DNA of 64,000 nucleotides from Octopus vulgaris (Eukaryota): NCBI GenBank assembly GCA_951406725.2, contig OX597838.1, positions 372,001 to 436,000 of the forward strand, read 5' to 3'. Shown piece by piece: positions 49,401 to 61,317 of this stretch (position 1 is its first letter; each line of letters starts with the position of its first letter). The notes under the pieces were generated by a model. It saw only the letters and a program-made list of their open reading frames with translations, ran no database searches and was not told where the DNA came from. The position numbers and the translations under genes were made by a program.

Positions 49401-52400
49401 GTCTCTGGGAAGACCTTTGAACACCTTGAGTTTTGCTATCAGCTCAGACTTGGTTTTGCAAATAAAGTGGTTAGCGCCTTTCTGAACTGTGCCCCACACA
49501 GTAATCTATGGGATTACAAGTGGGGAATGAGGAGGTCAAAAATTGGGGTAGGTGGACACATAGGAATTCTCTGAGAACCATTTCTGATTCTTGCTGGAGG
49601 AATGGCAGGGAGCTGAATCCTGCTGGTATTTAGATGACCTTCAAGCAGCAACCCTGTCCAACCAAGGATCAACCACAATCTTCAGCAGCTTTGTTTAAGG
49701 CCCTGTCCAAGGATGTGGGGATGTATCATTGCAGTCAGAATGCCCAATGTATCCCTTCCTCCCAGCCATGGCCCCATAGTCTCCATTGCAGCTGCCCTGT
49801 CACATTTTACAGCCATTACAAAGCATTGAGCAGCAGCCACAATGTTGGTCTTTTGATGCCCTGCATCAATCATCAATGATAACCTTTTCCAATATTCAGA
49901 TGGCTTCCAGTCTTCTATGTCAGCTAACTTTTTCTCAACTACAGCCATTCACTGTTCACCAATACATCAAGCTGCTCTTGACAAAAAGGAGACATAGAAA
50001 ATCATGAAATTTGGCCGAGGCACCCTGTTTGTAATAAAAGCCTTGTGAAGTCTAATTTTTGATGTGAAACTATCAACTGCAGAAAGTTATTGCTGTATTT
50101 GAACCCACCTTAACTAGGATTGCCCTGATAGGGGTTTTGTTATGGATGTGTAGTGATATACTACAACAAACCTTGTTCAAGGGTACATTCTATTGAAAGA
50201 CTTCTGGTTCTATAAAAGGGGAGGGATTTCATTTTATTTCAGACATTTTATTAACTGTTCTTGGATTTATTTTTCAGTAAATGGGCCAGCATCGAAGATT
50301 CTTCTCAAAACGAAACTGACCAGCATCTCTTTTGAGACCTGTTTAAATCAATCACAGTTGATCATCTTACCTGGTTTTATATGTGCTGGAGATTTTAAAC
50401 CCGGTGGAGCTCATACCTGCTATGTAAGACTCTATTGATTAATTTTTCATTTAATAATTAATTTTTAAACATTTGTTTGTGATTTGGCCAGATGGGAGGG
50501 ACATGATCATAACCTCTGCAAATCGTCTTAGACTGGGGTGGTTGACTTTAGACATCAGGAAAAGAAACAAGGGTTAGGTATAACTAGGGAGCCTTAACAT
50601 GGTTGCTGAATCCCTAAAAATAGTAAAGAAAGCTATCTCAAATCCATCGTATCTGTGGTTTTGGGTGCAGGATGGTCATGGACGGAAGGCTTTTGGAAAT
50701 AGGCAGAATGGTCATAGATGGAAGACTTTTTGTCTTAAATCTGGTTGATCAGAATTAATCTTGTGATAAACAACAGCAACAAAAACAACAAAATGGGAGG
50801 AGAAGGAATTCTAGACAGTTTGGTGAGAGTAGGAGGAGTGGGGTGGGGAAGCTTAGTTGGTGTGAGAGTAGGAGGAGTGGGGTGGGGAAGCTTAGTTGGT
50901 GTGAGAGTAGGAGGAGTGGGGGTGGGGAGTTGTGTTGTCCTAAATGGAGGGAGCATGCAAGAAGTTAGATCAGGAGTCATTGTTGTAGTGTTATAAGGGG
51001 TAGAAAGAGGGGACAGAGCATGTCTCTGGGGCTGGAATCGTAGCCAGTTGGTGTGAGTGAGTGAAGCACAAAGTCACAATGTGAATCAGCCATGCTGTAA
51101 CTTTGAACTCTGTTTGGCAAGAATGATGGCCGCTACACACTTAATTCTGAGGAAAGAAAGAACAAATTTAGAATTGATAATTAAGTTTAATGAAGACTAT
51201 TAAATTAATCAATAATTAAGAATAAATTTGGATTGGAAATTATTTCTAGAGGTAAGGAGTTTGTTTATGAAATCTTTTTTTCTTTAATGCTTTAGATGGA
51301 GGAGTAAGGTCAGTAGCTGGACCCTGTTTAGGGGTCCATGTAACTTGTAGGAGGAGAGCAGGAAGTTGTCTTTTGGTAGGCAGCCTGGTCTGAATGTTTG
51401 CAACAGGTTGAACTCTGCTGAAGGTCCTTAAGGGTTTGGGTGGTGGTGTTCTACTGACTGACAAATGAAGTTCACCTCCCAACAACAGGAATGAACCCTC
51501 TGACAGGAATGGCCCCTCTGACAGGAATAGCCCCTCTGACAGGAATGGTCCCTCTGACAGGAATGGTCCCTCTGACAGGAATGGTCCCTCTGACAGGAAT
51601 GGCCCCTCTGACAGAAATGGCCTCTCTGACAGGAATGGTCCCTCTGACAGGAATGACCCCTCTGACAGGAATGGTCCCTCTGACAGAAATGGCCCCTCTG
51701 ACAGGAATGGCCCCTCTGACAGGAATGGTCCCTCTGACAGGAATGGCCCCTCTGACAGAAATGGCCCCTCTGACAGGAATGGCCCCTCTGACAGGAATGG
51801 TCCCTCTGACAGGAATGGCCCCTCTGACAGAAATGGCCCCTCTGACAGGAATGGTCCCTCTGACAGGAATGACCCCTCTGACAGGAATGGTCCCTCTGAC
51901 AGGAATGGCCCTCTGACAGGAATGGTCCCTCTGACAGGAATGGCTCCTCTGACTGGAATGGGCCCTTCAACAGGAATGGTCTCTCTGATAGGAATGGCCC
52001 CTCTAACTGGAATGGTCCCTCTGACAGGAATGGGCCCTCTGACAGGAATGGTTTCTACAAAAGGCTTCCATATAGTTTCTCTTTACCAAACTTCACTCGC
52101 AAGATTTTGGTCAAACTGAGGCTATGGAAGAAGACATTCACCTAAAGTGCCATGCTCAGGGATCAAACCCCAATCACATAGTTGAAAAGCAAGCTTTTTA
52201 ATTACTCAGTCATGTGTGCACCATGCTGTTGAGAAGCCTTGGACTTGCTCATCAACTGCAATTTCTTTAATTATATATATTAATAGATATATTTAATTAG
52301 ATAATAATAATTATATTTAATTAAATATTTAGTATATTAGTGGTGGTGGTGAAAATGACAATGATCATGATGATTCAATCCCTTCATTTAATTTTTCTAG

Positions 52401-52553
52401 GGCGATTCCGGTGGGCCTCTTTATTGTCCAGATGCCAATGGGGACATGGTTTTGGCTGGAATAACATCGTTTGGAGTTGATTGCTACAGTGATATCAATG
52501 TGTTCAGCAGTATTGCTTTCCATTCTGACTGGATAACGGAGCATATGAATTGA
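43211..52553 (+). CDS. Secreted S1 (trypsin/chymotrypsin-fold) serine protease, 6 exons, about 259 aa
   Basis: Exons 43211-43268, 45692-45854, 46673-46797, 48735-48869, 50278-50423, 52401-52553 (780 nt). Signal peptide, IVNG N-terminus, LTAAHC, NDIAI, GWG and GDSGGP give an intact catalytic triad. Confidence 0.93.
43850..45520 (-). mobile_element. RTE-clade LINE fragment, same family as 7248-9722
   Basis: Minus strand encodes [37 protein letters not shown] and ends in the same 3' tail. Confidence 0.88.
45692..45854 (+). CDS. Protease 1 exon 2 (His57)
   Basis: APNLQ-IVNGFAAKRCEFPSVVHL...RCAATIIDSTHLLTAAHC. Confidence 0.93.
46673..46797 (+). CDS. Protease 1 exon 3
   Basis: EDGDPSIKISIGSVVEEETVESLNTSSFIVHENYTRTNTFI. 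Confidence 0.9.
47190..48480 (-). mobile_element. Two R4/Dong-like LINE fragments next to an (ATC/ATT)n tract
   Basis: DRKTRKFLMMHGVHH, IQTDKKLENNNQDIRIKDKEKQSCFLID, LQKVCLLGT-like ends. Confidence 0.75.
48735..48869 (+). CDS. Protease 1 exon 4 (Asp102)
   Basis: FNDIAIVILQQPINFTKCVKAAKIAKKNATFDNRTCETIGWGRTK. Confidence 0.93.
49500..50080 (-). mobile_element. CRE-like LINE endonuclease fragment (very decayed)
   Basis: PWLGGRDTLGILTAM resembles the PWxxGxxLxWDxT motif. Confidence 0.4.
50278..50423 (+). CDS. Protease 1 exon 5
   Basis: LNGPASKILLKTKLTSISFETCLNQSQLIILPGFICAGDFKPGGAHTCY. Confidence 0.92.
50822..50930. repeat. 39-bp G-rich tandem repeat, about 2.7 copies
   Basis: GGTGTGAGAGTAGGAGGAGTGGGGTGGGGAAGCTTAGTT. 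Confidence 0.85.
51490..52055. repeat. 18-bp minisatellite (CTCTGACAGGAATGG[T/C]CC), about 31 copies
   Basis: Direct inspection; lies in the last intron of protease 1 and generates spurious repetitive ORFs. Confidence 0.97.
52401..52553 (+). CDS. Protease 1 exon 6 (Ser195)
   Basis: GDSGGPLYCPDANGDMVLAGITSFGVDCYSDINVFSSIAFHSDWITEHMN, stop TGA. Confidence 0.95.
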   Translation, partial: GDSGGPLYCPDANGDMVLAGITSFGVDCYSDINVFSSIAFHSDWITEHMN

Positions 52554-53239
52554 GAGATTCATATGAAAGGAGCCAACCAGAAAACACCCGGAGGAAGGAT
52601 ACACTGGAGAATATGACCTTCGATATATTGTGCATGCAAAAGAGAAAACCTAATAAAGACAGGATGGTAACAGCTGGAATGGGATTTGATCAGAGGTTCA
52701 TGTCATCAGAGAGGGTCAAGGTCAAATAATAACAACTTTAATATCAGATACGACAAATAGTTTTCCACAATTCTCTTTTGTTCTCCCTCCTCCCCCCTCT
52801 CTCTCTCTTTCATTCTCTCACATTTCTGTTTGCATCAATAAATTTTAATTCGTTGAATCTTTTTCCTGTCTTCCTACCTTCTTGATTGCCAAGGTAGACT
52901 TATCCATTCTCATTGCTGGTCTCTAGGAATTAACACTTTCTAGAGAAGTTGTTCTTTCTCATTTCACAGGAATTGAGAATGTTAAATTCCATGAGAAATT
53001 TTTCTGACATACAGTGGCACCACCACCACCACCACCACAAGTAGTACCAATTTTACCATTACTACCATCACCCCCACGTCACCCCAGCACCCACCAGGTC
53101 AAGTCCCTCAAATAGTTCCCTCATAATTGTACTGCAGCTGTTGGTGAAAAGCAACTTCTATAACAACTGCAGACTTTTACCGATTCCCTCAAAATTCGAT
53201 GGCATTGTGCATTACATGGCTGTCAAGCTTTTGCTGCCT

Positions 53240-54910
53240 CACAACTGGAGCTGAATATTCTGATTTGGGATCAGAAGAATCTCCAATAATTTTGAAAGTC
53301 CTCGTTTCCTCCTCCTCTCAACAACAATGATGGCTCTGTATGCTGTATCTTGTTTGAGAAATTGTCCACCTTCATGACTCCCTTTGCATTTGATCCCACA
53401 CAACACACTCTTGGATGATCTCTTCCAAATTCCTCTCCACTCCACCAGGTTCCCACTTTAAATATGCACATACCAAATTCAGAAATACCCCCAGCTGCTT
53501 CAAACCAACAAACCTGTCAGCCCTGACAATGTCCTTTCCATTATGCTTCAACATTGCACTCCAGAACTTTCCCCTACACTCAGCAAATACTATAATCTCT
53601 CTCCCTCTCTCTCTACCAGACATTTGGAAGCACACTTCATTGCTTCCCATTCCAAAGAAAGGTAACTTCTCTGACCCTGTTAGTTATCTTTCCATTGCTC
53701 TCATTTCTAGCATCTCCAAGGTATTGGAGATAACCATTAACCTTTCTTTGGCACCTTGAGTCTCTCTCTCTCTCTTTCTTACTCATGAATGGCCACCAGT
53801 ATGGCTTCTGCAGAGCCAGATCCCTTAGTGACCAAATCATTTTTATGTCCCTCACCTGTGGGATTCTTTCTTTAAAGAAATTTGGTGAAAGCAATATTGT
53901 TACTCGAGATGTCAGCAAAACTTTTCACCATGTCTGCAATGCAAAAATCCTCTCAAAACTTCCCACCTATGAGTTCCACCCATCAACAGGTACTATGGTA
54001 CCTGTCTTATCAGACAGGTATCATAGTGACATACATAGATGGAGTGCTTTTCATCCCACTCTCTTCCATTTATACATCAATGACCTATCTGCTGCTATAT
54101 TCAACAATATACACTATTATGTAGAAAACATGACTCCTCATTTTTCTCTCATTTTCCCCAATTATGCCTCATCCTATGTAATTACATAGCAAACATGCTT
54201 TTATTCTACGAACTGAGACCTCAAGGGGATTCTCCTCTGAGCAATGCCAACCTTGTCTCTTTGAACAGCAAAATATTCAAATACTACACAATAAAAAAAA
54301 GAAAAATCACATCACACCCAAAATATCACCGGGACTCAGCTAACTCCCTTTCTATCATTAAGGGTATCTTTTTTAGTGAAAGCACATCTTTAACACAGCT
54401 AGGACCACATCCCAAAGTCTAGCACTCCTCTTCAGAACCAGAAGATATTTCTGCCTTTAACAGCTGTTGACATTCTACAAAGTTCAAGTGAGACTCATAA
54501 TGGAGTACTGCTTTCACTTTTGGGGTGGTGTTGCTGCTACTTATACTGATCAAGTGAAGGGCCACTCAGCAAAGTGGCATTAAATCACAAACAGTCTCTG
54601 GCCCACCTGCTGTCTCCTTTCTCTGTCTTTTCTATTGCAACTTATGGCCACCACTTATGTTTCTTAGAGGCGGTTGGTCTCCTACTTCCTCCACTCGAGC
54701 CGTCTGTCTTTCAGCCTCAAGCCACCTCTGTTACATCCTCTGCCCTCACCTGCCTTGCACTCACCATTACGCTCAGTCCTTCCTTTATCCCAGAAACACT
54801 GGTCCCTCTGGGATCTCCGACCTTAAAAATGTGGACCTGCAACAGTTTGAGAAAAACATTAACAGCATCAATGTCCCTCTTCTTGAGGGGCCTTGCATAC
54901 ACGATAGGTA
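53240..54910 (+). mobile_element. CR1/Jockey-group LINE RT fragment, decayed
   Basis: WKHTSLLPIPKKGNFSDPVSYLSIALISSISKVLE, HQYGFCRARS, PTLFHLYINDL, MEYCFH. Confidence 0.8.
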
Positions 54911-54985
54911 CTGCCCCTTGCTCCGAGCTCACCAACTGCCCCTTGCTCCGAGCTCACCAACTGCCCCTTGCTCCGAGCTCACCAA
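54911..54985. repeat. 25-bp tandem repeat x3
   Basis: CTGCCCCTTGCTCCGAGCTCACCAA, perfect. Confidence 0.95.
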
Positions 54986-55024
54986 ATAACAAAAGGAAAA
55001 AAACGACTGTGTTTCTCAATATTA

Positions 55025-55660
55025 ATGGTAGCAGTGGTGGGTGGTGTTGGTGAGGTATGGTGGGGAAGATGGTATTGTTGTTGTTGCTGGTGGTCATGTT
55101 GTTATTGTTGCTATTGTTGGTGGTGGTGCTGTTGCTGCTGCTGTTGTTGAAGGTGGCAGTGGTGGCAATGATGGTGGTAGTGGCGATGGTGGTGGTGGTG
55201 GTGGTGGCGGTGGCGATGGTGATGGTGGCAGTAGCTGGGTGCACTGTAAGGTGGTTTGAGAAAACAGTCACTACAAACAGACGACGTTCAGTTGGAGTTT
55301 TCCCAAGCACACAATGCTAATGGCGACAGCAAGAAATAGTTTATAAAAGATTCAAAATGATTGACAAAGTATTGCCTTAGTGTATGCAGACACCTGTAAC
55401 CAACAAATGTGGGACACATGTGTGTGTGTACAAAACACATGCCCATACTTACACACACACGTGCACACACATATACATGCACACACACACATACACACAT
55501 GTCTGTACATAATATATGAAGGTAAATGTATATATATATATAACTGCACGTGTATGTGTATGTATGACATACCCACACACATATATGTTTGTGTATACAC
55601 ATAAATATATATACACATATATGTGTATATACATGTGTGTGTGCGCGTGTGTGTGTATAT
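55025..55660. repeat. (GGT/GTT/GCT)n followed by CA/TA-rich low-complexity sequence
   Basis: Direct inspection. Confidence 0.9.
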
Positions 55661-56210
55661 AATAAAGTTCATTTGCCAACATAATGTGGCGATCCTGCAT
55701 AGGACTTGTGTTACTACTTTTTAACCCCAGGAAAATATCTTTACTAATAAACTGTACTACTTGCTGCTGGGACTACAGAGATCTCATTCAAAGATTTAAC
55801 ACTAATTGTTCTTCTCCTTATGAGATCCATGTCTGTCGGCCACTTCGATGAGTATATGCTGTGAATAAGGTCGTTGTCCAGCACCGAAGATGGGAAATTA
55901 CCCTGAAACCATCGGACTGCTGGTATTGCTAATGGCTAGAAGGGAGTAGTAGGCCCCCTTACTTACAGTGTGTCTCGGATACAGATCATGTGTCGATAAA
56001 CCAGCTGCAAAGTATGTTTTCCTGGGTTTAAACGTAAAATAGTCATGCTGGAGCACTGCTTTTAGTTGAACAAATCGACCCCAGAACTTATTCTTTGTAA
56101 GTCTAGTACTTATTTTATCGTTCCCTTTTTCATGACTGCAAAGTTACGGGGATGTAAACACACCAACATCAGTTGTCAAGTGATGGTGGAGGGACAAACT
56201 TGATACACAA

Positions 56211-56241
<31 letters not shown>

Positions 56242-56323
56242 ATAATAATAAATATTAGGGAATAAATCCAAATTTACAGGGAAAATCAGATTTAGGATTG
56301 AATCCAATTTTATAGTAAAATAT

Positions 56324-56528
56324 TATATAATATTAATTAGAGACAAAACCACTATTTTGCAATTCAAACAAAGAAAGACTTAATCCAATACATAAAAAAA
56401 TTTTAATATAAATTAAATAAAATTATAATTTTATTTAATTTATATTAAAATTTTTTTTATGTATTGGATTAAGTCTTTCCTTGTTTGTTTTGCAAAATAG
56501 TGGTTTTGTCTCTAATTAATATTATATA
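56324..56528. repeat. Near-perfect spacerless AT-rich palindrome (about 200 bp)
   Basis: Arms ATTAGAGACAAAACCACTATTTTGCAA... and ...TTGCAAAATAGTGGTTTTGTCTCTAAT, centre AATTATAATT at 56421-56430. Confidence 0.93.
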
Positions 56529-56892
56529 TATATATATATATCACGTCACGTGATCACGTGACTGACCAGACCATCAGATGTTGCTACACATTGCTGGTCA
56601 CAATGCGCTTCACATTGTTTTAGCCTTCAAATAACACCACCCTGCTGGCTAAGCGAGCAGGCAAATATATATATATATATACTTTATCAAAAAGCAGCAA
56701 AAATATCACAAAAACTGTTACTCTGAGTTCCACATTCCCGTTCTAAACAAAACTGTTCAATGAATGGGAAGATGAAACTCTGAGTAAGTTTTTGTTATAT
56801 TTCTGCTGCTTTTTAAGAAAGCATATTACTCTACCTCTGGTATTCGAGTACTATTTTTCTTCTACCTTGTTTCGCATTTATGTGCTTACTCT

Positions 56893-56923
<31 letters not shown>

Positions 56924-56930
<7 letters not shown>

Positions 56931-57861
56931 CAAAATAAGCAACAGGATGTCAAGTACTGATGCAGTACGACCGTTTCAAACGGATCCGTTTAATTGAACA
57001 ATGCAATCATTACATCAATTTAAATGCAGCGCTATCTCCAGGTGCATAAATAAATTTATAGAAACCACCTAATAAGTAATTAATTAAGTATGCGAATGAA
57101 TATTAAACTGATTCTATGTAATCTTTCCTTTTCAATGTTTATAATTGATAGATACACACCTTTTATTTATTTTGGTTATGATATCATTTTTGAAATTCTT
57201 AAATTCTATTTTTATACAGCATAGCAATATCGTTTATAAACAATCACCCAGAATGCCCCTAAATAAAATTTCCCCTGTATTAACATCTTAGGTTTCTTAG
57301 TGTCTTGCCCCTTTAACTAGTAATTAACATCATGATTTAAAGTCTACTCCAATCCTACCTCTTTTTATAGACAGTTACTTATATCCAACTGACTACTCCC
57401 AATGTCTTATTTCCTCCCCAAGGAAAACGGATACATATGATAATATTCATGACCATACCTAGCCATGAGCTGTCAACTCACTTTTGTCCTTTATTCAAAA
57501 TAGACAAAGTCTTCTAGTCGTAGATTTAGCAGTTGATAGAGATAAATGAATTAGAAATGAATTTCAATCCCTTACAACCCTATGACCCCACCATGCTCCA
57601 TGCGATTTTTAGAAGTGTTCTCTATTCTTAGCTACAATAGCAACAACATGAATTTCTTACGTCTTCTTGCTCTGTTAAAATATTTGAGAAAAATATGTTA
57701 ATGTGTCCTACTTGTTAAAATTCAATTTATTTATTTGTGCAGCTGAAGATGGCGCTGCATTTAAATTGATGTAATGATTGCATTGTTCAATTGAATGGAG
57801 CCATTTGAAATGGTTGTACTGCATTACTACTCGATATCCTGTTGCTTATTTTGATTTTATT
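56924..57861. repeat. Inverted repeat with about 110-bp arms and about 720-bp spacer (Penelope-like termini)
   Basis: ATAAAATCAAAATAAGCAACAGGAT...GCAGCGC versus GCGCTGC...ATCCTGTTGCTTATTTTGATTTTAT; TA-microsatellite flanks. Confidence 0.88.
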
Positions 57862-57941
57862 CACCTTACTTTGAGTTATGCAGATAATACCAGACTGACT
57901 TGGTGCTTCTTCAGCTTAAGTACCTAATTCAGCTGAATCTC

Positions 57942-57988
<47 letters not shown>

Positions 57989-58115
57989 AGCTTTGCTCGA
58001 AATGTTAAATCATCTTTCTTTCCTGCCTTGAGCGTTTGCTAATATTTCACATGTACCAATGTCCTCTCAGTGTTGTTTTGTTTTTTTGCATTTGTTCTTC
58101 GTTTTTTGGGAGATT

Positions 58116-58160
<45 letters not shown>

Positions 58161-58172
58161 TTCAATACATAT

Positions 58173-58506
58173 TTTGTATATAAATAAAAAAAAGCAGGCA
58201 ACAGGTTGCTTAGCCACATACCAAAAAAACTAGAAATAGCAGTCAAAGACTGTTTATTTCTATTTTGAAGGACATGGTATTGATATTTTATTATATTCCT
58301 AATCCAGAAACGTGTTCATAAATAACCGTTAGACTTTGTTTTCGTTATTTCTTCCTTCTGTTTTGCATATGTGAATTACAGGGATATGTCGTATGTGGAG
58401 TTTTATTTGTAGAAAATAGAAATAAACAGTCTTTGACTGCTATTTCTAGTTTTTTTGGTATGTGGCTAAGCAACCTGTTGCCTGCCTTTTTTATTTATAT
58501 ACAAAA
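58173..58506. repeat. Inverted repeat with about 90-bp arms
   Basis: GCAGGCAACAGGTTGCTTAGCCACATACC... versus ...GGTATGTGGCTAAGCAACCTGTTGCCTGC. Confidence 0.9.
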
Positions 58507-58892
58507 CGCGCTGCCTCCAGTTTTCATCTACCAAATCTACTCACAAGGCTTTGGTCAGCCCGAAGCTATAGTAGAAGATACTTGCCCAAGGTGCCACGCA
58601 GAAGAACTGAACCCAGAACTATGTGGTTGGGAAGCAAGCTTCTTACCACACAACCAGAAACAATTGATACAAAAAATAGAATATACTAGAAATCTTATTT
58701 ATCACAACGGTCGTTTCGACACATCCTGCAGCACTCTCTCATGAGTCGGAAACTATACAATAAATACCAATATACCCCGGGTGGATTCCTATATTTCAAA
58801 ATAAAATAAAATTCTAATTTGAATACATTTCCTCTGCATTTTCAACTTCAGTTCTTTTATTCTTCCACTTGTTTACATTAATCAAAATTTAT

Positions 58893-59497
58893 ATGTCTGT
58901 CTGTATGTATGTATGTTTGTATGTTTGTATGTATGTATGTATGTATGTATGTATATATGTATGTATGTATGTATGTATCTATGTATGTATGCATGCATGT
59001 ATGTATGTATGTATGCATGCATGCATGTATGTATGTATGTATGTATGTATGCATGTATGTATGTATGCATGCATGTATGTACTTACGTATGTATGTATGT
59101 GTGTATGCATGCATGCATGTATGTATGTATGTATGTATGTAAGTTTGTATGTATGTATGTATGTATGTATGTATGTATGTATGTATGCATGCATGTATGT
59201 ACTTACGTATGTATGTATGTATGTGTGTATGCATGCATGCATGTATGTATGTATGTATGTATGTATGTATGCATGCGTGTGTGTGTGCATGTATGTATGT
59301 ATGTATGTATGTATGTATGCGTGTGTGTGTGTATGTATGTATGTATGTGTGTATGCATGCATGCATGTATGTATGTATGTATGTATGTGTGTATGCATGC
59401 ATGTATGTATGTATGTATGCATGCGTGTGTGTGTATGTATGTGTGTATGTGTGTATGCATGCATGCATGCATGTATGCATGTATGTATGTATGTATG
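58893..59497. repeat. Compound (TATG/CATG/TG)n microsatellite of about 600 bp
   Basis: Direct inspection; abuts an RTE fragment at 59498-59710. Confidence 0.97.
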
Positions 59498-60101
59498 ATA
59501 CCTGTGTGCAAAGAACCATGCTACAAGGCAGTGAAATATGGGCTGTGGCCACCAAAGACTTGTGTTAGCATCTTGAGAGAAAAGCTGGGCATAAGAAGCA
59601 TCAGATGCGGTGTGCAAGAGCAACGACCTCACTGGTATGGTCATGCGATGCATATGGACGGAGACAGTTGTGTGAAGGAGTGCTGATCTCTAACTGGGGA
59701 GGAAACCTGGTGACTGATTTCTATATGGGTGTATGTGTACAACCCCCCCCCTCCACCAAACATATATGCACTTGTGTGTATGTATATATGTGTGTGTGTG
59801 TGTGCCAAATGCCTCAACGGACAACGAGAGATTCTTTAAGCCCTTCTTTAGTACAAAAGACTGTAATCTCAGGTCTAAGAAACACAGAATACACCATCAA
59901 TATCGTGGCAAGCAGCAGAAATTTGGGATTTGAACATTGGAAATGCAAACAGAGACATTCTTGATATTGGTTGGTTTATTTTTAAGATGGAGAATTACTG
60001 TAAAAAGAAGAAAGCTAGAATATTGCTCAGTAAAAATCTATTTTATTAAAAAATAGTTGAGATGTCAGGTACAATGTAGAGTTTCATCGTCTTGCAAGAA
60101 T

Positions 60102-60260
60102 TTATAAAGTCCTCAATGCGGTGTCGATCCAGTTCCTGAAGTGTGAAACACTGGTAAATATGGCAGCATCAATAGCGCAGTCATAACCAAATGATGTGAT
60201 GCCAGCCACAACCATGTTGCCATTTCCGGTGGGGCAATAGAAAGGACCACCAGAATCACC
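60102..60260 (-). CDS. S1 serine protease 2, last exon (5' part not found in window)
   Basis: GDSGGPFYCPTGNGNMVVAGITSFGYDCAIDAAIFTSVSHFRNWIDTALRTL, stop. Confidence 0.93.
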   Translation of the reverse strand, partial: GDSGGPFYCPTGNGNMVVAGITSFGYDCAIDAAIFTSVSHFRNWIDTALRTL

Positions 60261-61317
60261 CTGGGTAGGAAACAAAAAGAACATTTAACAATTAGTTTGA
60301 GATGGTACGGGTGTGTATACTGGTATATATATGAGAATGTGTATAGAAATATGTAAATGTGATGAGATATATGTTGTTCATGTGTGTGTGTGTCTACATG
60401 TCTGTATGTCACTGGATAACTACATAATCTTGTATATGTATGTATAATTGTATGTCTATTTATTTATGCATGTGTCTATATGCTTTTGTTTCTTTCATAG
60501 CTGCTGCTATTATTATTTAGCCCAAGGCTGGTCCTGATTAATCAAACCTTCAATCATATACATTCTACTCCTCTCTATTTCGTCTTTTCCACAGCAATAT
60601 TGTGTGTAGGACAATATTATTCTAGGTATCTTCGTTATTTGAAGAGAATATGATGTCATTTGAGAAGGAAGCCGGTCTAGTTGCCACCTTTAAGCTGTAA
60701 AGCTTGGAGTTTTCCATCCGATCAATATGTTTATCTCCAGATCGAAATCTTTCTGCAATGCTGAATGGAATAGAAGGGAATGAAGTCACAGAATCAGGTA
60801 CCAACAAATGGTGAAGCCTCTCTTTGATGTAGTTATCTGAACCAAGATTCTTCTGCTGGGAAATGTTTCCAGCCAGGATCCCTGGCATTGGGCAATGCAA
60901 CAGAAGGTGCAGTGCGAGGAGGAAGTAATATTCTGTCGAAGAATTACTTTTCGTTTTGTAGGATAAACATAACAAATTTCTTCAATAAAATATAAAGATA
61001 CTGAAGTTCTGAAATGTTGCCTTTTACCTGGCTGCATTGAGGTATTATCTGCATTTTTAAGACGTTCAGAACCCAGTTAGATAAATAGCTGGATATGCAT
61101 CTAACTTTCCACTATCTCTTTCCATATATTCAAAGAAGATTGGTGGAACTGTATAACTTTGGTTATTCTGTCTCACTTTACATTTTAGTTTCGGTTCTAG
61201 TTGATTTTATGTCTGTGTAAACATCTTATCACTGCATGTGTATTTAGAGATTGAAAGTTCCCTGAACTTCCTCCACTTCTCAATTCCTTTAAGAAGTAAA
61301 AAAAATAAATATCTCAC

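Noticed and set aside
51428-51970. 180-aa Cys/His-rich (QRDHSC)n and (PLTGM)n ORFs
   Set aside because: Products of an intronic 18-bp minisatellite; no splice or promoter support
54954-55320. Gly-, Val- or Thr-rich ORFs
   Set aside because: Trinucleotide low-complexity sequence
58869-59686. Long ORFs (209-257 aa) of MYVC/HTYI repeats
   Set aside because: Translations of a (TATG)n microsatellite
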